Shown piece by piece: positions 25,323-33,211 of a DNA stretch of 33,211 nt. The DNA is from Minisyncoccia bacterium (lineage in GTDB: Bacteria > Patescibacteriota > Minisyncoccia > Phycocordibacterales > Phycocordibacteraceae). The position numbers and the translations under genes are program-made. The stretch covers positions 1-33,211 of the forward strand of contig JBCLFD010000004.1 of NCBI GenBank assembly GCA_038912545.1, given 5' to 3'. How positions within the stretch are numbered: position 1 is the first letter of the stretch; each line of letters begins with the position of its first letter. The notes under the pieces were generated by a model. It searched no databases and was not told the DNA's origin. It saw nothing but the letters and a program-made list of their open reading frames with translations.

Positions 25323-25424
25323 TCACTGCAAATTATAAAGCGCGATAGTTTTCTGTAGCATTTTTGAGAGCGAGAAGTCGTGGAGGACGCGTGCGTGGAG
25401 GCGGGCACCGAGTTCGTGGACGAG
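25323..25424 (-). pseudogene. Stranded duplicate of the 3' end of the GT4 gene
   Basis: Translates LVHELGARLHARVLHDFSLSKMLQKTIALYNLQ*, 24/33 identical to GT4 C-terminus LAHELGARLHTRVLHDFSLDKMLETTIEIYVLPS* (26055-26159). Confidence 0.88.
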
Positions 25425-25452
25425 AGAATGATACTATCAATGCATTGCACAT

Positions 25453-25947
25453 ATGAAATTGGAAGCAAACATAATTGCATACATTGACGGCGCGAATCTT
25501 CACAAAGGAGTCGAGTCATTGAAGTGGAAGCTTGATTATCGAAGATTTCGGTCGTGGATTCGCCAGAAATTTAATGTTACAGACGCATACATCTTTATTG
25601 GTCTGATGCCCAAGCACGCAAACCTCTATACCTCACTGCAAAGTGCAGGATACAAACTAATTTTCAAAGAGGTTGTGTATGACGGAGACGGGAATGCAAA
25701 AGGTAATTGTGATGCAGACTTAGTTCTTCGCGCCATGAGAGATTATTACGAAAATGCGCCGACAGCAGTTGTGCTTGTTTCAAGCGATGGTGATTATACA
25801 CCCCTCGTCAGATTTTGGCTGGAGAAGATGGTTCACTGCACAATTCTTTCGCCGGCACCGATACAAAAATGTTCAATATTACTCAAGAAAACCGGAGTAC
25901 CGATTGTCTATTTGGAGGAGGTAAAGCACAAACTCTGGTATCAATAA
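25453..25947 (+). CDS. NYN (LabA/DUF88, PIN-like) domain nuclease
   Basis: AYIDGANL, KGNCDADLVL, LVSSDGDY acidic active-site motifs. Confidence 0.93.
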   Translation: MKLEANIIAYIDGANLHKGVESLKWKLDYRRFRSWIRQKFNVTDAYIFIGLMPKHANLYTSLQSAGYKLIFKEVVYDGDGNAKGNCDADLVLRAMRDYYENAPTAVVLVSSDGDYTPLVRFWLEKMVHCTILSPAPIQKCSILLKKTGVPIVYLEEVKHKLWYQ

Positions 25948-26003
25948 AATGAAAAAGCCCCCAGTACGGACGTATCCATACGAGGGTCTCTTTCGTGGTG
26001 ATA
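25945..26003 (-). ncRNA. Candidate small structured RNA convergent with the NYN gene (or GT4 terminator)
   Basis: Minus strand atcaccac-gaaagag-a-ccctc-gtatgga-TACG-tccgtac-t-ggggg-ctttttc-atttt; G-U pairs only on minus strand; TTGATT-16-TATACT at 26036-26009. Confidence 0.5.
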
Positions 26004-26045
26004 CATAGAGTATACATAATCTAGTCTATAAATCAACTTCAAGTC

Positions 26046-26054
26046 TGTGGATAA
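26046..26054 (-). promoter_or_regulatory. Perfect DnaA box
   Basis: TGTGGATAA immediately after the GT4 stop. Confidence 0.4.
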
Positions 26055-27179
26055 TCAAGATGGCAACACGTAAATTTCGATAGTTGTCTCTAACATTTTA
26101 TCAAGTGAGAAGTCGTGGAGGACTCGCGTGTGGAGGCGCGCACCAAGCTCGTGCGCGAGGGGAGGATTGTTGATGAGAGAGTCAATGGCGATAGCGAGAG
26201 CTTCAGGATTGTGTGAGGGAACGAGCAGGCCGTGGTCGTCATCGGGAATGATTTCTGGAATACCGCCGACTCGTGTCGCGACGACGGGGAGCGATGCGCA
26301 CCCAGCTTCAAGTAGTACGTATGCCAAAGCCTCGCTCTGTGAGGCGTGTACAAAAAGGTCAAAGGCGGGTAAAAGCGAAGCGGCATTAGGGCGGAATCCC
26401 GCCAGCGACACATGATTGCGTAGATGGAGTTCGCGAATGAGGTCTTCTAATTTCTGACGTTCTTGACCTTCACCAATAACGACCAGTATCGCTTCCGGAT
26501 GTTTTTCGGCGATTATTTTCATCGCCCTAAGGGCGTCGTCGACACGTTTCGTCGGGTGCAGTTCAGAAATCATTCCTATCCAATATTTGCCGACCGAGTG
26601 CGGTGCGAGCTCTGCGCGCGCTACATCACGCGAAAGCATTTCGCAGCATTCGATACCATTATGAATAACGATGCAGGTGCGACGAACAAACGGCATCCAG
26701 CGAACGTCTCGCAAAACAGCATTACTCACACAAATCGTTTGATGCGAAAGTAGAACCGTGAGCCATGCAATTTTATAGATAATGACTTTTTGCCACCACG
26801 GGCGCATTTCATTAAACGCCCATCCGTGCGCGGTGAAGATAATCTTTTGCACACCAGCGATACGCGCCGCAAGCACTCCTAATATTCCTGCTTTTGAACT
26901 GTTGAGATGCACCACATGCGGCCGCTCGGTACGGAAAAGTTTTATGAGAGAAAAGAATGCGCGCAGTTCGGTAAAAAGGCCCATGTCGCGTCGCAGATTA
27001 CTTGTCCGAACGGTTCGCACTCCTGCCGTGGCGAGTTTTAATGTGAGTTCGCCCTCTTCGCCATACGCAACCGCGACGTCATACCCCGCCTTTTTAGTGG
27101 CGGTCGCGAGATCATAGACATACCGCTGGGCGCCTCCCCATGAGGATTTGGTAATAACATAGAGTATTCGGATAGCCAT
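26055..27179 (-). CDS. GT4-family glycosyltransferase (start 27179 or 27203)
   Basis: GGAQRYV, HLNSSKAG, TAHGW, IHNG, K....AL, S..EAL..VLLEA.....PVVATRVGGIPEI. Confidence 0.95.
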   Translation of the reverse strand: MAIRILYVITKSSWGGAQRYVYDLATATKKAGYDVAVAYGEEGELTLKLATAGVRTVRTSNLRRDMGLFTELRAFFSLIKLFRTERPHVVHLNSSKAGILGVLAARIAGVQKIIFTAHGWAFNEMRPWWQKVIIYKIAWLTVLLSHQTICVSNAVLRDVRWMPFVRRTCIVIHNGIECCEMLSRDVARAELAPHSVGKYWIGMISELHPTKRVDDALRAMKIIAEKHPEAILVVIGEGQERQKLEDLIRELHLRNHVSLAGFRPNAASLLPAFDLFVHASQSEALAYVLLEAGCASLPVVATRVGGIPEIIPDDDHGLLVPSHNPEALAIAIDSLINNPPLAHELGARLHTRVLHDFSLDKMLETTIEIYVLPS

Positions 27180-27235
27180 AGGGGAGATAACCTTCGTTTG
27201 CATCAGTAGGTTATATAGTATATAAGCCTATCACA

Positions 27236-28516
27236 ATGATTATCGGTGGCCGACGAGCCTCATTTCTCCTTTTTGTGGGCGACCTCACGGCATTCGCCGT
27301 ATCGCTCTACGTAACTCTGTGGCTGCGCTACGGCGCTTTGCCGTCCGCGACGACGCTTGCGCCGTACCTCGTGCCGTTCACTTTTCTCTTCGCGCTCTGG
27401 GCCCTCATCTTTTATAGTACGGGGCTCTACGGCAAACGGCTCGCGCTCTTTCATAGCCGTTTGCCGGATGCGATTATCAAAACGCAAATCGCGAATATCA
27501 TTTTCGCCGCAGTTTTCTTCTTCTTTATTCCTGCATTCGGCATAGCACCGAAGACGATTCTCGTTCTCTATTACGGAGTCTCGCTCGTAGCCATTCTCAT
27601 CTGGCGACTTGAACTCTATCCGCGCATCTCCGCCCGTCGCGTTCGTGAACGCGCAGTACTTGTCGCCGATGGTCCGGAGGCAGACGAGCTGTATCGTGAA
27701 GTGAATAGCAATGCACGATACGGCATTGAATTCGTCGCGCGCACGATTGAGGCGACGCATCCGGCGCTCCTACTCGTCACCGATGATGCGAACATGAAGC
27801 ATAAAAAGAACACCGTGTCGTTTGAAGATGTGTACGAAGAAGTATTTGATCGCATTCCATTGTCAAAGCTCGAACAAAGATGGTTTCTTGAGAACGTTTC
27901 TTCATTCGATTCGTTTTTTTATGTATTCGCCAAGCGCTTCATTGACATCATCGGCGCGCTTATCATGGCTGTCGTAACGATTATTATCGCGCCTTGTATC
28001 GCACTCGCGAACAGGTTTGAGGGTTCGGGACCGCTCTTCATCGCGCAGGAGCGATTCGGCCGACACAGCGTTTCCATCACCGCATACAAGTTCCGCAGTA
28101 TGCAGAAGAATGTTTCCGCTTCGGGGCAGTGGGTTCAAGAAGGTGAGAATAAGATAACAAAAGTTGGGGCGTTTCTACGCCAGACCTCGCTTGATGAATT
28201 CCCACAGTTCATAAATATTCTGCGTGGCGAATTATCGCTCGTGGGACCGCGTAACGACATCCTCGGGCTCGGTCGTCGCTTAGCCCTCGCATTACCCTAT
28301 TATGAAGCGCGGTATCTGGTGACCCCTGGCATCACCGGCTGGGCGCAGATTAATCAACAGTACGAGCCGGGGAATGTGAGCCCACAGTCGGTTGAAGAAA
28401 CCAAGGTGCGTTTGGCATACGACTTCTACTATCTGAAGCATCGCTCGCTCGGGCTGGATATTATGATTGCATTTAAGACTATAAAAAGAATGTTTTTCAG
28501 GATAAGCTCGTGGTAA
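27236..28516 (+). CDS. Polyprenyl-phosphate sugar phosphotransferase (WbaP/WcaJ-like)
   Basis: N-terminal TMs; KRFIDI, KFRSM, ITKVG.FLR.TSLDEFPQFINILRGELSLVGPR, PGITGWAQIN, YDFYY. Confidence 0.95.
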   Translation: MIIGGRRASFLLFVGDLTAFAVSLYVTLWLRYGALPSATTLAPYLVPFTFLFALWALIFYSTGLYGKRLALFHSRLPDAIIKTQIANIIFAAVFFFFIPAFGIAPKTILVLYYGVSLVAILIWRLELYPRISARRVRERAVLVADGPEADELYREVNSNARYGIEFVARTIEATHPALLLVTDDANMKHKKNTVSFEDVYEEVFDRIPLSKLEQRWFLENVSSFDSFFYVFAKRFIDIIGALIMAVVTIIIAPCIALANRFEGSGPLFIAQERFGRHSVSITAYKFRSMQKNVSASGQWVQEGENKITKVGAFLRQTSLDEFPQFINILRGELSLVGPRNDILGLGRRLALALPYYEARYLVTPGITGWAQINQQYEPGNVSPQSVEETKVRLAYDFYYLKHRSLGLDIMIAFKTIKRMFFRISSW

Positions 28517-28520
28517 CAAC

Positions 28521-29603
28521 ATGAAGCACACGATTCTCATTACTGGCGCAGCGGGATATGTCGGCACAATGCTTGTGGAACGCTTCTCTCGGCAAGACGA
28601 TGTTGAAAAAATAATCGGCATTGATAAAGAGCCGATCCCGGAATCACTGCGGAAAGAGCCGAAATTGGTCTATCATCAGACCAACACCGCCGATGATTGG
28701 GAGGAGAAAGTGCGGGCAGAGCATCCGACAATCGTCATCCACACTGCATGGCAGATTCGCGAGATGTACGGCGCACAGGATATGGAATGGGAATGGAATG
28801 TCGTCGGGTCTGACAAAGTTTTTAATTTTGCTCTTAATGAGCAATCGGTATCGCGTCTGATTTATTTCTCAACCGTTGCTTCGTACGGAGCTTTTCCGAA
28901 TAATTCAACCGAACATCGCTTTACCGAAGACGAACCATTCCGAAAAACGGACTATCTTTATGCCGAGGAGAAGCGTGTTGTTGAGGAGCATTTGCGCGAT
29001 GCATATAATAAAAGCGATAAGCATACAACAGTGGCGATAGTGCGTCCTGCCGCTGTTACTGGCCCCAGAGGACGCTTTATGCGCATCCGATTCGGCCTGC
29101 AGTCGGCGCTCGCTGGGCAACTGAAAGACTCGTTTGTATATCGTCTTGTCTCGGTACTCGTCGCTTTCGTACCCATCACGCCGAAGTGGCTTCGGCAATT
29201 TATTCACGAAGACGACGTGGTGAACATCACCGAGCGTCTCGCATTCGGCCCGAGTGTGGGAGGATACGAAGTGTTCAATATCTGCCCGCCGGGGCCGGTG
29301 GTGCGCGGGGCCGATATGGCAAAAGCGGTGGGGAAGCGTATGATGCCAATTGCTCCATGGCTTGTGCGCATCGCTTTCTTCATCTTCTGGCATCTTACCC
29401 ACGGGAAGATACCGACCGGGCGCGGTGCCTGGAAGAGCTATTCGTATCCCATCGCGGTGGATGGTTCTAAAGTAACTCGCGTTCTCGGCTACTCATATAC
29501 ATATTCAAGCCCCGATGCATTTCAATACACCGATGGCGAGTACGAATCGTTCGTTCCCGAAGCCCTCCGTCGCCATAAAAATCGGCCTTTGCAACAAAGT
29601 TAG
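28521..29603 (+). CDS. NAD-dependent epimerase/dehydratase (extended SDR)
   Basis: ILITGAAGYVG, H.A, N..G, STVASYG, YAEEK (YxxxK), QFIHEDDV. Confidence 0.92.
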   Translation: MKHTILITGAAGYVGTMLVERFSRQDDVEKIIGIDKEPIPESLRKEPKLVYHQTNTADDWEEKVRAEHPTIVIHTAWQIREMYGAQDMEWEWNVVGSDKVFNFALNEQSVSRLIYFSTVASYGAFPNNSTEHRFTEDEPFRKTDYLYAEEKRVVEEHLRDAYNKSDKHTTVAIVRPAAVTGPRGRFMRIRFGLQSALAGQLKDSFVYRLVSVLVAFVPITPKWLRQFIHEDDVVNITERLAFGPSVGGYEVFNICPPGPVVRGADMAKAVGKRMMPIAPWLVRIAFFIFWHLTHGKIPTGRGAWKSYSYPIAVDGSKVTRVLGYSYTYSSPDAFQYTDGEYESFVPEALRRHKNRPLQQS

Positions 29604-29617
29604 GCGCTAGGTATACT
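29589..29617 (+). promoter_or_regulatory. Putative leaderless sigma70 promoter of secD
   Basis: TTGCAA-17 bp-TATACT, 6 nt before ATG 29624. Confidence 0.6.
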
Positions 29618-29623
29618 TTCTTC

Positions 29624-30937
29624 ATGACTCGTTATCGAGTGTTTGCTTCCATCGCCCTCATTGTGGGTTTTTTGCTTGCCTATTTCGTGTGGGCGACGCA
29701 GGCGAACTCGGAGAGTTCGTACCGCTTTAAACTCGGGCTTGACCTCGCGGGCGGTACCGAGCTCGTCTATAAGGCTGATATGAGCGAGATACCCTCTGGC
29801 GAGCGCAAGGATGCTCTCGTGGCGCTTCAGGGCGTGATAGAGCGTCGGGTAAACCTCTTCGGCGTAGCGGAACCCATTGTGCAGACCGAGCGGGCGAGCA
29901 CGCTCGCGGGTATCACCGAGGATCGTCTTATTGTAGCCCTCCCTGGTGTGACCGATATTAAAGCAGCGGTGGCGGCGCTCGGAGAGACGCCGACGCTTGA
30001 ATTTAAGCTCGTGGAGACGAAGACGGTTGGCACAACAACTGAATTTTTCTATCTTTCTACTGGTCTCACTGGCCGTTATGTCGATAGCGCCTCGCTTGCC
30101 TTCGGAAGCGGTGCGACCGCGGGCCTCGCCGCACCTCAAGTACTTCTTAATTTTGATAGCGAAGGTGCGAAGCTATTTGAAAAAATTACGAAAGAAAATG
30201 TCGGCAAACAACTCGCGATATTTCTAGATGGCACACCGATCTCTGAACCAGTAATTCAAGAACCGATTCCCGGCGGTCAGGCGACTATCACCGGGAAGTT
30301 TACTGCCGCACAGGCGCGTGACCTGGTGCGTAACTTAAACTTCGGCGCGCTACCGGTGCCCATTGAGCTCCAGAGCTCTTCGGCCATCGGTCCGACCCTC
30401 GGTGCCACCGCTATCGCCTCCGGCGTGGTCGCTGGTATAGTCGGCTTCGCGCTCATCGCACTCTTTATGATTGCATGGTACCGGCTCCCCGGTGTCATCG
30501 CGGTGGTCGCCCTCACCGAGTATCTCGTCTTTATGCTCGCGGTCATCAAGCTCATCCCGGTCACTCTCACCGCTTCTGGAATCGCCGGCCTCATCATCAC
30601 TCTCGGTATGGCAGTAGACGCGAACGTACTCATCTTTGAACGTACGAAGGAAGAATTGCGCGCCGGTAAGAATCCGCGAGAAGCCGTACATATCGGCTTC
30701 TCGCGCGCGTGGACTGCTATTCGGGACGGCCATCTCACGATGATTATCTCGGGCGTCATTCTCTTCTGGCTCGGCACCGGTGTCGTGCAGGGCTTCGCGC
30801 TCGTCTTCGTGCTCGGAGTGCTCGCCTCCTTTATCTCGGCGGTCTCGGTCTCGCGCATCTACCTGCTCGCGATTGTGCCGGAAGAAGGGAAGAGTAGGTG
30901 GCATTTCCTTCTCAGCTCAGGATTCCGTAAAAATTAA
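29624..30937 (+). CDS. secD: Protein translocase subunit SecD
   Basis: KLGLDLAGG, IERRVN.FGVAEP, LAIFLDG, L..GALP.P, IGPTLG, GMAVDANVLIFER.KEE. Confidence 0.98.
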   Translation: MTRYRVFASIALIVGFLLAYFVWATQANSESSYRFKLGLDLAGGTELVYKADMSEIPSGERKDALVALQGVIERRVNLFGVAEPIVQTERASTLAGITEDRLIVALPGVTDIKAAVAALGETPTLEFKLVETKTVGTTTEFFYLSTGLTGRYVDSASLAFGSGATAGLAAPQVLLNFDSEGAKLFEKITKENVGKQLAIFLDGTPISEPVIQEPIPGGQATITGKFTAAQARDLVRNLNFGALPVPIELQSSSAIGPTLGATAIASGVVAGIVGFALIALFMIAWYRLPGVIAVVALTEYLVFMLAVIKLIPVTLTASGIAGLIITLGMAVDANVLIFERTKEELRAGKNPREAVHIGFSRAWTAIRDGHLTMIISGVILFWLGTGVVQGFALVFVLGVLASFISAVSVSRIYLLAIVPEEGKSRWHFLLSSGFRKN

Positions 30938-30939
30938 CT

Positions 30940-31839
30940 ATGTATATCGTCGCTCATCGCAAATTCTTTTTCTGGCTCACGGGCATATTGCTCGCGATGG
31001 CCATAGGCGCCATTGTCGTCTGGGGACTTCCGCTCGGTATTGACTTCACTGGCGGTTCGCAGATGCAGGTTAATTATCCGAGTGGGCGTCCAGCGCTGTC
31101 TGATGTTCAAACAAGAATTTCTGTAGTACCACTCGGCCACGTCTCGGTCCGCGCGTTCGGCGACAACGGTGTCTCTATTCGTACGCGTACAATGACGCCC
31201 GCAGAACACGAGGAAGTTCTCTCGACGCTTGCACAAGGTAAGTCTGACTTCCAAGAGCTCTCCTATACCTCCGTCGGCCCTGCGCTCGGCAGTCAATTCG
31301 CGAATAAAGCAATTTGGGCTCTCATCGCCGTCATTTTCGCTATCGTTATATATATTGCAGTCGCTTTTCGTAAGGTATCCCGTCCCGTTCCTTCGTGGGG
31401 CTACGGTCTTACGGTCGTCGCGATGCTCGCAATAGATATTATCGTCCCGACGGGATTCTTCGTGGCATATGCGCACTTTACCGGTGCAGAAATAGATTCT
31501 CTCTTTATCGTGGCGATGCTCGCTCTTCTTGGATACGTGGTAAATGACATCATCGTCGTCTTTGACCGCGTACGCGAGCACTTGGCGAAAAATGAAAAAG
31601 AAGGCGCACGCGAAGAGTTTGAAGTCACTGTCGGAAAATCAATTGATGAGACCATCACCCGCTCAATCAATACGTCGCTCACGACTGCGCTCGTACTCAT
31701 CGCGCTTATCTATCTCGGCGCGGAGGCGACGCGCAATTTCGCGCTCGTGATGCTCGTCGGCGTCCTCGCCGGCACCTTCTCCTCCATCTGTCGCTCCGCC
31801 CCTTTCCTCATCACGCTCGCGAAGTGGTTTAAGAAATAA
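30940..31839 (+). CDS. secF: Protein translocase subunit SecF
   Basis: GIDFTGG, VGP.LG, GY.VND.IVVFDRVRE, RSINTS.T, GTFSSI. Confidence 0.98.
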   Translation: MYIVAHRKFFFWLTGILLAMAIGAIVVWGLPLGIDFTGGSQMQVNYPSGRPALSDVQTRISVVPLGHVSVRAFGDNGVSIRTRTMTPAEHEEVLSTLAQGKSDFQELSYTSVGPALGSQFANKAIWALIAVIFAIVIYIAVAFRKVSRPVPSWGYGLTVVAMLAIDIIVPTGFFVAYAHFTGAEIDSLFIVAMLALLGYVVNDIIVVFDRVREHLAKNEKEGAREEFEVTVGKSIDETITRSINTSLTTALVLIALIYLGAEATRNFALVMLVGVLAGTFSSICRSAPFLITLAKWFKK

Positions 31840-31911
31840 TCGTTCCGACGAAGGGTTTGCGTCTAAATAGTTTGAAAATTCTTCTCTGGCAAAGCGTGAC
31901 GGCTACATCTA

Positions 31912-32385
31912 CTATAACGCTTTGCCGGTCTCACGCAACTTGGCAAAGTCTTCAACTTGTTTTGCAAGATTTTTTACGAGCCATGAGCTCGATTGTGGCT
32001 TGTCGGTGTCGCCTACATTGAAAACCATCTTGATATTTTGCGCTTTACAGGTTGTTGCTTCAGGAACTTCTTCTTCATTGCTCCTGTCGGCGCCGCCATT
32101 CGCAAAAATATCGACGTCAAGTTTCTCGAGCATATGGCAGACATCGTACGTGTCGCGCGGCTCGCGGATAACTACCTCATCCACATAGCGGATACTCTCA
32201 AGCACTTCTTTCCGCTCCGTTTGTGGCATAAATACGTACCCTTTTTTCCGCATGAGCCATTCGTCATCGTTGAGTATTACGACAAGTCGGTCGCCGAGCG
32301 CTCGGGCATCGCGGAACAGGTGGACGTGCCCTATGTGGATAGGGTCGAACCCGCCCGAAACCGCTACGACAATCGCTTTTTCCAT
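31912..32385 (-). CDS. Cytidylyltransferase-like (HxGH) protein, RfaE-II/TagD-like
   Basis: VAVSGGFDPIHIGH, LVVILN.D.WL.RKKG..FMP..ER, FANGG.DR, K.QSSS; ATG 32385. Confidence 0.9.
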   Translation of the reverse strand: MEKAIVVAVSGGFDPIHIGHVHLFRDARALGDRLVVILNDDEWLMRKKGYVFMPQTERKEVLESIRYVDEVVIREPRDTYDVCHMLEKLDVDIFANGGADRSNEEEVPEATTCKAQNIKMVFNVGDTDKPQSSSWLVKNLAKQVEDFAKLRETGKAL

Positions 32386-32615
32386 ATAGAAAAGATAATG
32401 AGCACGATAAACATCCACGCTATGCCACTGACGGCAAGAAAGTATGGGATACAATCGAAACTTTCGCAAAATGAGTAATGATTAAGACGAACCCAGGAGG
32501 AGAACGCAGCGAGAGGAAGATTTGTCCACTCTGGAAGAGGTAATCCAAACATTTGCATCAGCGCAAACAAAACACCAAACGCCAATCCACCGCCAGCGTA
32601 TTTTATGTAACTCAT
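32364..32615 (-). CDS. Small membrane protein
   Basis: Two hydrophobic segments; TGT-TATAGT extended -10 six nt before the ATG. Confidence 0.5.
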   Translation of the reverse strand: MSYIKYAGGGLAFGVLFALMQMFGLPLPEWTNLPLAAFSSWVRLNHYSFCESFDCIPYFLAVSGIAWMFIVLIIFSIWKKRLS

Positions 32616-32738
32616 AAGATTACTATAACATTTTCAATAAACCCAATCCGCAATGGATGTAAGTTATGTGCTGGCTTCGTACAGACGCTTGACGGTGGGG
32701 AGGGGTCGGATAGGGAGGAATGCAGTAATATATGAGAT

Positions 32739-33047
32739 ATGAATGTTGTTGTGCTCGAGAAAGTTGAGGAATTTCTTGAGAAGCTCGAACCGAATGTTCG
32801 TAGTAATGTCCATGCTCTCGTGCTATTACTTCAAGAATATGGACACAAGCTTTCGATGCCAGACGCGAAACCTATAGGAGGTGGATTGTGGGAGTTGCGT
32901 TCCAACACGCGTCCTGCGATACGAATCCTGTATGGATTCTGTCGAGGTGAGGCGGTACTTGTTCTTGGTTTCAAGAAACAGCGTCCTGCGCTATTGTCGC
33001 GGGAAATTGAACTGGCACGAAAACGACTCACTGCCTATTGCGCTTGA
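32739..33047 (+). CDS. RelE/HigB (Gp49-like) toxin
   Basis: V.EFL..L, L.EYG..L.MP.AKPI.GGLWELR....IRILY, GFKK.....EI.LA.KR. Confidence 0.9.
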   Translation: MNVVVLEKVEEFLEKLEPNVRSNVHALVLLLQEYGHKLSMPDAKPIGGGLWELRSNTRPAIRILYGFCRGEAVLVLGFKKQRPALLSREIELARKRLTAYCA

Positions 33048-33066
33048 TATAGCATATATGATATAT
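33047..33066. promoter_or_regulatory. Palindromic operator-like site overlapping the antitoxin promoter
   Basis: atatagcata/tatgatatat, 9 of 10 pairs; lies in TTGCGC(33038)-18-TATATT(33062). Confidence 0.45.
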
Positions 33067-33074
33067 TGCTCTCT

Positions 33075-33211
33075 ATGAAGAAAAGAAACATTTTCAGAGA
33101 AACAGCCGTACCATTTTCGGTCATGCACCGCGAGGCGATGTGCGACCCAGAATTCCGTAAAGCGTGGGAAGCGCTGCAGCCCGAGCTTAACTTGGTGCGC
33201 GCGATACTCGA
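33075..33211 (+). CDS. HigA-like HTH antitoxin, 3'-truncated
   Basis: MKKRNIFRETAVPFSVMHREAMCDPEFRKAWEALQPELNLVRAIL (DPEF..A.E.L.PE start typical of XRE antitoxins); follows toxin. Confidence 0.8.
   Translation, partial: MKKRNIFRETAVPFSVMHREAMCDPEFRKAWEALQPELNLVRAIL

Noticed and set aside
25319-25519. 66-aa minus-strand ORF
   Set aside because: Wrong frame; the real signal is the GT4 3'-end duplicate in another frame
32342-32352. gggtcgaaccc palindrome resembling the CAAGGTCGAACCTTG family
   Set aside because: Encodes the conserved GFDP motif of the cytidylyltransferase, so explained by protein constraint

Overview
A 33.2-kb chromosomal segment that looks like a Patescibacteria/CPR (Parcubacteria-like) genome. 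This is inferred from gene content: ssb-rpsR with no rplI, a divergent intron-rich 23S rRNA, and SD-less starts. Housekeeping genes: ssb (partial), rpsR, efp, an ECF sigma with a small membrane partner, recA, ftsK, rplJ-rplL with an L10 leader, rodA, secD-secF. Envelope genes: a 1121-aa PG-binding S-layer-like protein, a TPR protein, an O-antigen-ligase-like/TPR protein, a GT4, a polyprenyl-phosphate sugar transferase, an epimerase and a cytidylyltransferase. Also present: an NYN nuclease cassette and a RelE/HigB-HTH toxin-antitoxin pair at the right edge. A 23S-5S rRNA unit with no 16S or tRNA carries three group I-type introns (after E. coli-equivalent U1931, U2593 and U2656, the last inside the sarcin-ricin loop and encoding a LAGLIDADG endonuclease) plus two hairpin expansions. 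Main unexplained signals: (1) several families of short palindromic elements recurring in-frame in protein linkers (SSB, FtsK, L7/L12 hinge) and in loops of structured RNAs; (2) a 186-nt intron that seems to lack the P4-P6 domain; (3) an NYN gene with a convergent structured small RNA candidate, bracketed by a duplicated 3' end of the neighbouring glycosyltransferase.
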